From an uncultured Acidobacteriota bacterium (lineage in GTDB: Bacteria; Acidobacteriota; Blastocatellia; RBC074): a stretch of 64,000 nucleotides of DNA. The notes under the pieces were generated by a model that saw only the letters and a program-made list of their open reading frames with translations, was not told where the DNA came from and did not search any database. Shown here piece by piece: positions 11,425 to 20,232 of the stretch. The position numbers were made by a program, and so were the translations under genes. Every line of letters begins with the position of its first letter. Within the stretch, counting starts at the first letter, position 1. Where the stretch lies: positions 18,587 to 82,586 of the forward strand of contig CAIOZW010000046.1 of NCBI GenBank assembly GCA_903862855.1. The letters are read 5' to 3'.

Positions 11425-13140
11425 ATGAGACTTTCCATCGCCCGAACATTGCTATTGACCCTGACGCTGCTGGTCAGCTCCTGTCAGAAACCCGCCACTC
11501 CCGACAATTCAAGCACAACCAGGCCCGCCGCCCCGGCTGAATTGAAGAGCTCCCTCGCCAGTTTCAACGGTGAGAGCCTGCTTGAGCATATTCGTGTCCT
11601 CGCCTCGGATGAGTTCGAGGGGCGCGCTCCGGGAACACGCGGGGAGGAGCTGACGGTCAGGTATCTGACCGACAAGTTTACGGCTTTTGGCCTCAAACCG
11701 GGCAATCCTGATGGAACCTACATCCAGAAGGTTCCCCTGATCGGGTCGACTCCGCAGGCGAAGGTCAGCTTCACCGCCGAGTCGCGCAAGATCGAACCAG
11801 CTGAGGAAGATTTTCTGGCCCGGTCTTCGCGCTTCATCCCCGAGGTCGATCTGCGCAACTCGGAGATGGTCTTTGTCGGATATGGTGTCGTCGCGCCAGA
11901 ATACGGGTGGGACGACTTCAAGGATGTCGATGTTCGTGGCAAGACGGTCGTCATGCTGATCAACGATCCGCAGATCCCGGCCCCTCAGAATCCCGAGGAT
12001 CCGACGAAGCTCGACGAGTCCCTCTTCAAGGGGCGCGCCATGACCTACTATGGCCGCTGGACCTACAAGTTCGAGATCGCCTCCGCCAAAGGTGCTGCCG
12101 CGGCAATTATCATCCACGAGACCGCGACCGCGGGCTATCCGCTGAAGGCTCTCGCGAGCTGGCGACAGGAGAACTTCGGTCTGGCCGGATCAGAGAAGGG
12201 GCGCATCGGTGTCGAGGCCTGGCTGGCGTTCGACCGCGCAGCCGAGGTCTTCACTGCCGGCGGCCAGGATCTCAACGCACTCAAGAAGGCGGCCCTCAGC
12301 CGTGACTTCCGCCCGGTCACGCTCGGCGCCCGCGCCAACCTTGCCGTCAAATCGACCATCCGCCGCATCGAATCGAAGAATGTCGTCGCCAGACTGGAGG
12401 GATCTGATCCTGTCCTCAAAGATGAGTATGTCGTCTACACTGCACACTGGGATCACATGGGCCGGGATCCCAGACTGAGCGGCGACCAGATCTTCAATGG
12501 CGCCGTCGACAACGCCTCGGGCACGGCCTGCCTGCTCGAATGGGCACGCGTCTTTGCCAAACTCAGTCCGGCCCCCAAACGCAGCATCCTCTTTCTTGCC
12601 GTCACCGCCGAGGAGAAGGGGCTGCTCGGGGCAAAATATTATGCCGAACACCCGCTCTACCCGCTGACCAAGACACTCGCCAACCTCAACAAGGACGGGA
12701 TCAACCAGTGGGGACGGACGAGCGATATCACCGTCATCGGCCTCGGCAACTCGACCCTCGACGATCTCCTTGCCGCTGCAGCCAGTACCCAGGGCCGCAC
12801 ACTCCGGGCCGATGCGGAACCGGAGAAGGGCTACTTCTACCGCTCCGACCACTTCGAGTTCGCCAAACAGGGTGTCCCGGCGCTCAACACCGATGCCGGG
12901 GTCGAATATGTCGGCAAACCAGCCGACTATGCGAAAAAGACCCGTGACGATTACACCAACAAAGACTATCACGGTGTCGGTGATGAGGTTCGAAGTGACT
13001 GGGATCTCAGCGGTGCGATCGAGGATCTGCAACTGCTGTTGATCGTCGGCTGGGAGGTCGCCAACGGCGAGAGCTGGCCGGAATGGAGACCCGGAACCGA
13101 GTTCAAGGCTCTTCGCGAGAATAGCCTTGGCCGCCCCTGA
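11425..13140 (+). CDS. M28-family metallopeptidase with PA domain (secreted/lipoprotein aminopeptidase).
   Basis: Lipoprotein-like signal LLVSSC. M28 zinc-ligand blocks [20 protein letters not shown] and YRSDHFEF. Start chosen at ATG 11425; the ORF-track start at 11401 is a TTG. Confidence 0.8.
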   Translation: MRLSIARTLLLTLTLLVSSCQKPATPDNSSTTRPAAPAELKSSLASFNGESLLEHIRVLASDEFEGRAPGTRGEELTVRYLTDKFTAFGLKPGNPDGTYIQKVPLIGSTPQAKVSFTAESRKIEPAEEDFLARSSRFIPEVDLRNSEMVFVGYGVVAPEYGWDDFKDVDVRGKTVVMLINDPQIPAPQNPEDPTKLDESLFKGRAMTYYGRWTYKFEIASAKGAAAAIIIHETATAGYPLKALASWRQENFGLAGSEKGRIGVEAWLAFDRAAEVFTAGGQDLNALKKAALSRDFRPVTLGARANLAVKSTIRRIESKNVVARLEGSDPVLKDEYVVYTAHWDHMGRDPRLSGDQIFNGAVDNASGTACLLEWARVFAKLSPAPKRSILFLAVTAEEKGLLGAKYYAEHPLYPLTKTLANLNKDGINQWGRTSDITVIGLGNSTLDDLLAAAASTQGRTLRADAEPEKGYFYRSDHFEFAKQGVPALNTDAGVEYVGKPADYAKKTRDDYTNKDYHGVGDEVRSDWDLSGAIEDLQLLLIVGWEVANGESWPEWRPGTEFKALRENSLGRP

Positions 13141-13432
13141 GCCTCCTCATAGAATGGCAGGCGGGAGAGGCGATCCGTCACTCCTGCCTGTCGTCCGCCC
13201 AACCGCGCTGACTGTTCCAATCGGCCCCCCCATCTCCCAACATTGAAAACCACTAATCCCGAATATTCACTCCTTTTTGTTACAGCCCTATTGTGACAGC
13301 CCATAATTGATTCTCAATATCTGAATTGATTTACGGCGACGGTCAAATTCACCTCTTAATAAATAAATTGTATATAGCTCCCGTGCTAAGTTACGTCGTA
13401 TTTTTAATTTGAGCCGAGTCGAACGAAGGCAA

Positions 13433-16400
13433 ATGACAACCTCATTGATTGGCCTCGGCGATCTGGATGTATGGAAGAAGAGACAACTGCACACGGGGCG
13501 ACTCCTGAGAATGAAACACTATATTTTGCGACATCGAGCAAGCACTCTCTCGATTCTGGCCACGGTAATTCTGATGCTGGTCGGGATGATTGAGAGAGCA
13601 GATCTTCCTGACTCACCCAATCGACCGAGACGTGACCGGGATAGAGGTTCATCAGTGGATCCGCGCAATTCAGCCGGACGGCTCACCGCCATTCCGAAGC
13701 TTCCGGAAGGAGTCAGGGACGGAGACTGGCAAGGGATCGTTGCCGCTCATGAGCAGGCAAAGTATGAGATTCGCAGCGACGGGCGCGCTTGGAAGGCGTG
13801 GAATCCAGGCCAGCAATGGATGACCATTTTCGACCGGCGCGGTTTTTTGACGAGGTCGACCACCAGGACGGGCCGCGATAACTGGTCGTGGGGGTTGGAG
13901 CTGCAGGGATATGGAATTGGAATCGAGCAGACGGAACTGAAGAGTCTGGTGCCGGAGGTGCGCACATCCGGAGGCAGATTGAGCTACGACCGAATCGATC
14001 GTCAAGGACGGAAGATCGAGGAGTGGTACGAGAACGATCAGCGCGGTTTTGAGCATGGCTTCACGATCTTTGAGCGCCCCGCTGCGCGTGCGGTGGGCGG
14101 TGAGCTGACGGTTCGTCTTCGGATTCGAGGAGATCTTCAGGCAAATCGGTCGAGCGATGGACGACTGATCTCGTTTGAGCAGGAGAATGGCGAGCAGATG
14201 CTAAGCTACAGCTGGCTGAAGGCGTGGGACGCGACGGGCCGGGAGCTTCCATCCCATTTCGTTGACTTGGGGCCGCGTGAGTTCGGGATCGCCGTCGAGG
14301 AAAACGAAGCCGTCTATCCGATCACCATCGATCCGCTGGCGCAGCATACCTTCCTAAAGGCCAGCGTGCACAGCCCGACCGGAGAGGAGTTCGGCACCTC
14401 GGTGGCAATCTCCGGCGACACCGCCGTCGTGGGTGCGCCAAGCGATGACAGTGGATCCAGAGGAATCAACCAGCCACCAGACTTCGTCTACCCTTACGAC
14501 AATTCTGGAGCGGCCTTTGTCTTCGTGAGAAAAGATGGGATCTGGACGCAGCAGGCCCACCTGAAGTCGAGCAATTCGTGGACTGGTGACAGGTTCGGGA
14601 TCTCCGTGGCTATCTCCGGAAACACGATCGTGGTCGGAGCGAGCGGGGAGAGCCAGACCACCGACGGGGTCGACGGAGAACAGTGCCTTCTGGGTAGCGT
14701 CCCGTGCTCTCGAACAGATATTTATCCCATCTACACTGCGCCGGGAGTTGGGGCGGCCTACGTCTTTGTCCGCACCGGGACAACCTGGGTGCAGCAGAAC
14801 TATCTCAAGGCAAGCAACTCAGAGGGGGATGACTATTTTGGATGTTCTGTCGCAATTCACGGTGACACGATCGTTGTTGGGGCCAACGAGGAGGACAGTG
14901 GAGCGAGCCTCAATGGTAACCAGAGCGACAACAGTGTTGCCGGTGCCGGAGCCGCCTATGTCTTCTTTCGAAATGGAACATCCTGGATTCAGCAGGCCTA
15001 TCTGAAGTCCGCCTTGCCCGCTGCCAATGATCAGTTTGGATACGCAGTGGCGATTCACAACAACACAGCGATCATTGGTGCAGTCTTTCAGGGGGATGGG
15101 GCAGCAGTCTCCGGCGCCGCCGGCGTATTTGTACGCAGCGGTTCAACCTGGAGTCAGCAAGCTCTCCTGAAGGCTCCAACACCAGTTTCGGGTGACTATT
15201 TTGGTGCAGCAGTGGCAGTGTGGGGAGACCGGGTGGTGGTTGGTGCACAGGCTGAGGATACCAACGGAACCGATTCCGGGGCGGCCTATGTCTTCAAAAG
15301 GACGGGCACTTCCTGGAATCGGGAAGCAACACTCAAGCCGAGTGATACTGACGCCGATGACAACTTCGGATATGCCGTCGCGATTCAGGGTGAGGCGATC
15401 ATCGTTGCCGCCTCCAACGAAAATACGGTTGCCGAGGGAGCGGCCTACCTGTTCTACCTCCAATCCACTAATTGGGTCGAGGAGAAGGTTCTCCGGGGTC
15501 GGAAGACGGAGCCCCTTGATCGATTTGGTTCGTCGATCGGATTCTCCGAGGATATTGCAATCATCGGGGCACGCTATGAAGAGAGCAATGCGACGGGCAT
15601 CAATGGAGATGAGGAAAACAATCTGTTATCGCAGTCCGGTGCAGCATACACTTTCGATATCGAGCCAATGCAGATGGTCACCCGGATCGTCGCCGACACC
15701 GGACAGGTCAGTCCAGGTACGGTCGCAACCATCTACATTACCATTACCAATCCATCATCAATCAGCCGGAGTACAAACATCGACTTCACCGTGCCAGATG
15801 GACTGATCCTGATCCCCGGAAGCTGCAATGGGGGTGGAGGAGTATGCACGATGACTCAGAGTACAGCGATCTCCGTTGATGAAAGCAATCGGAACAAGCT
15901 CCGTGGAAAAGCGGGCCTCGACGCCTCAAGCTCCGGTCCGTGGCAGATCTTCTGGACAGGATCGATTGCTGCCAATGGCTCGATCGTCATCAGTTTTCAG
16001 GTACAGGTGGGGGGCCAAGCCGCGTCAGGGACGCAGTTCTGCTTCCCGGTGATCAACTCGGGAGTGACACAGAGCATCTGTTTCAGCGTCACGGCCCCAC
16101 CGCCAGGGCCTGGTATTATCGCTCCAACCGCCGCCGCTGCCAGTCAACTCAAGGCTGGCAGCGTTCTAATCTATAACCTCTACACGTCAGGGCTCAATAC
16201 AAACTTCCAGGATACCCGACTGACTATCACCAACATCAGTCCGGTCAACGGGGTCAATGTCCACCTCTTCTTCATCGACGGTTCGAACTGTACGGTCGCC
16301 GATCAGTTTGTCAGGCTGACCCAGAATCAGACGGTGAGCATGCTCGCGAGTGATGTCGATCCCGGAGTGACCGGCTATGTCATCGCCGTCGCCACGGATG

Positions 16401-16993
16401 AGCGGGGCTGTCCGATCAACCAGAATGAACTGATTGGTGGGGCACTGGTCAGGTTCGAGCAGGGACACCGAGCCTATCTGCCGGCGCTAGGGATCTCCGC
16501 GCTGACCGGTCAATTGCCCTCATGTACTGACAGCTCGGTGACGGCAACACTCAACTTTGATGGGGTGAGGTACAACACACTGCCCCGCACACTGGCTCTC
16601 GACAGCCTCCCCTCGCGGGCCAACCTGAACGAGACGATGCTGATCGTCAACCGACTCGGCGGTGATCTTTCGACCGGAACCTCGAGGCTCGAGTCGATCG
16701 CCGGGCTGCTCTTTGACGACCAGGAGTCCGCACAGAGTTTCGTGCTCACGGGGGGAACCTGCCAGTTGATCGGCATACTTGGAAACAACTTTCCCCGGAC
16801 CTCACCGCGTTACGACACGGTGATTCCCACTGGCCGGACAGGGTGGATGAAGATGAGCCAGATCAATGATGGCGCAATCAGTGGAGCAATGATCAACCAC
16901 TCGACCATTGGCTTCAGTCAGGGGCATAACCTGCACGTGTTGACGACAACGAGTACGGCCAGCCTGACCATTCCGGTCTTTCCGGCTCTTTGA
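13433..16993 (+). CDS. Very large secreted protein: N-terminal region, a 7-bladed FG-GAP/integrin-alpha-like beta-propeller, a DUF11/CARDB-like repeat, and a ~280 aa unassigned Cys-containing C-terminal domain shared with the gene at 20233-23601.
   Basis: Repeated FG-GAP-like blades (DxFGxSVAIxGDTxVVGAxxxD) occur about 7 times. The C-terminal domain is 60-65% identical in aa to the C-terminus of the Kelch protein. Alternative starts exist at TTG 13409 and ATG 13511; the latter gives a signal peptide. Confidence 0.7.
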   Translation: MTTSLIGLGDLDVWKKRQLHTGRLLRMKHYILRHRASTLSILATVILMLVGMIERADLPDSPNRPRRDRDRGSSVDPRNSAGRLTAIPKLPEGVRDGDWQGIVAAHEQAKYEIRSDGRAWKAWNPGQQWMTIFDRRGFLTRSTTRTGRDNWSWGLELQGYGIGIEQTELKSLVPEVRTSGGRLSYDRIDRQGRKIEEWYENDQRGFEHGFTIFERPAARAVGGELTVRLRIRGDLQANRSSDGRLISFEQENGEQMLSYSWLKAWDATGRELPSHFVDLGPREFGIAVEENEAVYPITIDPLAQHTFLKASVHSPTGEEFGTSVAISGDTAVVGAPSDDSGSRGINQPPDFVYPYDNSGAAFVFVRKDGIWTQQAHLKSSNSWTGDRFGISVAISGNTIVVGASGESQTTDGVDGEQCLLGSVPCSRTDIYPIYTAPGVGAAYVFVRTGTTWVQQNYLKASNSEGDDYFGCSVAIHGDTIVVGANEEDSGASLNGNQSDNSVAGAGAAYVFFRNGTSWIQQAYLKSALPAANDQFGYAVAIHNNTAIIGAVFQGDGAAVSGAAGVFVRSGSTWSQQALLKAPTPVSGDYFGAAVAVWGDRVVVGAQAEDTNGTDSGAAYVFKRTGTSWNREATLKPSDTDADDNFGYAVAIQGEAIIVAASNENTVAEGAAYLFYLQSTNWVEEKVLRGRKTEPLDRFGSSIGFSEDIAIIGARYEESNATGINGDEENNLLSQSGAAYTFDIEPMQMVTRIVADTGQVSPGTVATIYITITNPSSISRSTNIDFTVPDGLILIPGSCNGGGGVCTMTQSTAISVDESNRNKLRGKAGLDASSSGPWQIFWTGSIAANGSIVISFQVQVGGQAASGTQFCFPVINSGVTQSICFSVTAPPPGPGIIAPTAAAASQLKAGSVLIYNLYTSGLNTNFQDTRLTITNISPVNGVNVHLFFIDGSNCTVADQFVRLTQNQTVSMLASDVDPGVTGYVIAVATDERGCPINQNELIGGALVRFEQGHRAYLPALGISALTGQLPSCTDSSVTATLNFDGVRYNTLPRTLALDSLPSRANLNETMLIVNRLGGDLSTGTSRLESIAGLLFDDQESAQSFVLTGGTCQLIGILGNNFPRTSPRYDTVIPTGRTGWMKMSQINDGAISGAMINHSTIGFSQGHNLHVLTTTSTASLTIPVFPAL

Positions 16994-17194
16994 GCAACAA
17001 GCGGACTGACGGTTTACCACCTCAACCAACGGCTGCTGGTTGATCACCTCATTCAGCAACACAAAAATCCATCGATCAGGATGGATGGGGAACGTTTACT
17101 TTGGCGCGGGCCAGGATGCGGCGCCCCGTTGCGGCACGTCAATAAGTGCACCTGCAGATCCGAAGGGATAGTGCGATTCCCCTCGCACTTCTTA

Positions 17195-17428
17195 TGACAC
17201 AAACCTCTGACAGAAACATCGTCACTGCTTGTGTAACGATCCTCGAAAGCCACTGAAGACTGGTACCTGATGATCCCACGCCATACCATTTCATTGCCGT
17301 ACCGCTACTAGTGCTGATTTTGGTCACCTGGAATCATCACGCCTGGCTCGATCCAATCCCCATCTCCACTTCTTCGCCGTGACTCTATCTCCAATTTTTG
17401 ACCAGCATGATATCGCTCAGTCCAACAT
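17195..17428. repeat. Copy A of a ~215 bp non-coding repeat (about 96% identical to 23645-23866). It overlaps the last 14 codons of the regulator gene.
   Basis: Direct near-identity with copy B from tgacacaaac to ttttgaccagcat. Copy A has an extra 13-nt tandem duplication at its 5' end. Confidence 0.7.
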
Positions 17429-19505
17429 ATGGACGGCTAACGGCATAGCGCCGCTCATCTCTGGCGACGGTGAGCGAGTAGAGTCCATTGGCAGTGGCCT
17501 CGACAACCCTTCCCAGAGTTGTGATCCGGCGAGTCCGAAGATCGAGTCGCTCGATGGATGAAGCGGGCCCGGCTTCATAGTGGAAGAAGTAGATGGCATC
17601 TTTGCCGATATCCCAATTGCGATCAACATAGAGATTGGCCAGCTCGACGACCTCTGACTCGGTACCCGTGGCAAGATCGAACTGTACCAGCCGATTGTTT
17701 CGGCTATGGTAGAGAGTTTTGCCATCGGGCGAAAGTATCGGACACGTCCGCGTGTTTGTACCCGGCGGTGTGACAATGACCGCCTCTCCCCCCGATACCC
17801 TAACCTTCCAGGTCTGGTATGCAGTGCGGGGTATAGCCCGATTTGAAGAGTAATAGATCCACTCCCCTCCAGGTGCCCAGAATGGAAGGACGTTCGATCC
17901 AATCGAATCGCTGACCCTTGCCGTTTGAGCGCCATTGAGATCGATCGTGTAGATGTCACTGTCTCCCCTGTTCCGACGGTCAAAAACAATTCGGGTACCA
18001 TCCGGAGACCACCGTGGACTTCCCACACCCAGCTCTCTGAAGTTGGTCAACTGCCTCACCTTGGAGCAATCAGCGTTGACTTGGTAAATCTCATCCCATC
18101 CAGATCGATCTGATCCAAAGACCAGTTGTGACCCATCAGGGGAGAGTTGGGGAAAGTTGTCGGCTCGGGTTGAATTGATTACACAAGGTTGATCTTTTTG
18201 ACTGGAGAGGTTGTAAACCTCGATTCGAAAGTCGATCACCTCACTGGTATATGCAAGGAGCGCGCCATTCCGTTCGATGGAGAAGGATGTAATCGGCACC
18301 GGTACCGAGGAAACTGGTGTTGCTTTATCACCATTCAGACCAACCTGGTAGAGCTGACCTGGACCACCCTGTCGTGAAATAAATAAGATCTTCGTGCCAT
18401 CAGTATCCCAGCTAAGGGAACCCGGTTGAATCAGGTAGCGTTCTTTTGTCAGCTCGCGGATTTGGCCACTAGCTAAATCGACAATCGTGACGTGATTATC
18501 CTCGTTACCTTTTGAACGGAGGAAAGCAACTGAGCGACCATCTGGAGAGAAACGCGGAGTTGAATCATAAATGGTACCTGCCGCATCCTGGCGGGTGATC
18601 TGCTGCCGCACGAATCCGTCAACAGAGATAATGAACAGTCCCATCCCTCCACCAGCGCCAGCAAGTCCGGTCACAACCAGTTTTTTGCCATCGGGAGACC
18701 AGTCCAAACCACCATCAACCCGGGCCAATTCCCGCTCGGGTCCTCCAAGGGTTGGAACGATAATCAGATGGTTCGGCGAACCAGCCTTTTCATCGACCCG
18801 CTGAAATGCAAGTTGCAGTCCATCTGGTGACCAGACAGGCTGCAGATCCGCCCCTGGATTTGTTGTGACCCTGACTTGCTTGCCACCATTGGTCTGCTGA
18901 ATGTAGATATCACGATTATTAATATCTCCACCGTCCCAGGTATAGGCGATGAAATGGCCATCGGGTGAGAGTGCCGGATACTGCTCGACACCAGGATAGG
19001 CCGTAAGCTGAATCGGTAATGGCATTTCCCAAGATGCAAGCCGTTGAGAGCGAACCAACACCAGCACACCAATAATCGCCGCGATCAAGAGAATGGCCAG
19101 TAGACCTGCCACAATTAGCCAGACCTGTTTATTGCGCGACATTTCATCCAACCGGCCTGTGTTGACCTCAGCAACCGGTGGGGTCACCGAATCGTTGACA
19201 ACCGTCACCTCCGGTTGGAACCTATAGCCAAAGCCTTGGACTGTAATAATGACTGTTGGATTGCGCGGATCGTCACGAAGCAACCGGCGAATCGAGTGGA
19301 TCTGGTTGGAGAGATTTCCCTCCTCGACATCCTGATCTGGCCAGACTTGTTGGAGGATCTCGTTCTTGGTGAGCAGCCGACCTGCATTCGTCACGAGCAT
19401 TAACAGTATGTCGTACCTCTTGCGGGTCAAGGGCACAAGGTCATTGCCATCGATCAAAACTACCTTATCGGTATCCAGAATAAATGGCCCAAAGTGATAC
19501 CGCAT
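17385..19505 (-). CDS. CadC/ToxR-like one-component transcriptional regulator: OmpR/PhoB-type winged-helix DNA-binding domain, a single TM helix, and a periplasmic TolB-like (PD40/WD40-like) beta-propeller.
   Basis: N-terminus has LTRKRYDILLMLVTNAGRLLTKNEILQQVW...GYRF (trans_reg_C). The TM segment is VWLIVAGLLAILLIAAIIGVLVLV. At least 8 PD40-like repeats of the SPDG type. Confidence 0.8.
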   Translation of the reverse strand: MRYHFGPFILDTDKVVLIDGNDLVPLTRKRYDILLMLVTNAGRLLTKNEILQQVWPDQDVEEGNLSNQIHSIRRLLRDDPRNPTVIITVQGFGYRFQPEVTVVNDSVTPPVAEVNTGRLDEMSRNKQVWLIVAGLLAILLIAAIIGVLVLVRSQRLASWEMPLPIQLTAYPGVEQYPALSPDGHFIAYTWDGGDINNRDIYIQQTNGGKQVRVTTNPGADLQPVWSPDGLQLAFQRVDEKAGSPNHLIIVPTLGGPERELARVDGGLDWSPDGKKLVVTGLAGAGGGMGLFIISVDGFVRQQITRQDAAGTIYDSTPRFSPDGRSVAFLRSKGNEDNHVTIVDLASGQIRELTKERYLIQPGSLSWDTDGTKILFISRQGGPGQLYQVGLNGDKATPVSSVPVPITSFSIERNGALLAYTSEVIDFRIEVYNLSSQKDQPCVINSTRADNFPQLSPDGSQLVFGSDRSGWDEIYQVNADCSKVRQLTNFRELGVGSPRWSPDGTRIVFDRRNRGDSDIYTIDLNGAQTARVSDSIGSNVLPFWAPGGEWIYYSSNRAIPRTAYQTWKVRVSGGEAVIVTPPGTNTRTCPILSPDGKTLYHSRNNRLVQFDLATGTESEVVELANLYVDRNWDIGKDAIYFFHYEAGPASSIERLDLRTRRITTLGRVVEATANGLYSLTVARDERRYAVSRPYVGLSDIMLVKNWR

Positions 19506-20232
19506 AGATCTGATAACCTCTACCCCAACATCTCAGTTGTTCGAGCTGAAGAACTGTTGTTGCTCGATTATTGTGATTTTGAGGAATGTGAACGAGCACC
19601 AACCGGGACTGTCTGTACGGTTGTGCTCCCTTGTTTCTTCAAGCATTTTTGACCATTTACTTCACCTCTATTCCTTACGATCTGTATTGTAGACTACTGA
19701 TCCATTCAATGGGAAGCAGGAGCCAGGCGGCCAACTGGTGTTAATCTCACTGCTCTCTGTAGGCAGTCCCAAGTCAATAACTATCCACCCCATTCCATTT
19801 CATAACGGATTCCGAATGCATAATCAGGCACTTCAACGCTGAATTGATAAATTTTGAGACTCTTTTCAACTGGCTTTATGAGAATTTTAAGAATTTTAAC
19901 CTCCGCTAAAGGATTTTGGTGGAACATTCTACATAGATTTGAATTTCTTAGATCGGCAAATTAATAGCTCTCGGTAACCATATTCAACAATGAGAAGACC
20001 AGGGAGAAGACTGGGGCCTTCCGTTTACAAAGTCAGGCTTGAATTTAAAGACCTGCTGTTTTGCTTGAAGCATCTTTGCCCCTGAGTCACTTGATTGTTC
20101 AATAATTCCAAAATTTAAGCATGGCTTCTATCTGGCCACTGTGAATAGATAACACCCGATCTCCTGGCATTCATCAAGAATTGATGATTTTTCTAAGATT
20201 ACGGCTGCACATACAAAGAAAGGAATTGTTAA
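19506..20232. promoter_or_regulatory. A 730 bp strongly AT-rich divergent intergenic region between the regulator and the Kelch gene. It contains gaatttta and ttgaattt direct repeats that may be promoter/operator sites.
   Basis: GC falls to roughly 35-40% against ~60% flanks. Motifs gagaattttaagaattttaac and gatttgaatttctt / cttgaatttaaag. Confidence 0.35.

Noticed and set aside
16187-16788. Antisense ORFs inside the shared C-domain of both propeller genes (16187-16468, 16510-16788, 22813-23076, 23073-23396).
   Set aside because: They are mutually similar only because they shadow homologous coding sequence on the other strand. High-GC shadow ORFs.
17053-17289. Minus-strand ORFs starting MVWRGIIRYQSSVAFEDRYTSSDDV in both repeat copies (17053-17289 and 23544-23726).
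   Set aside because: Only the first 25 codons, which lie inside the 215 bp repeat, are shared. The remainders diverge completely, so this is not a conserved protein.
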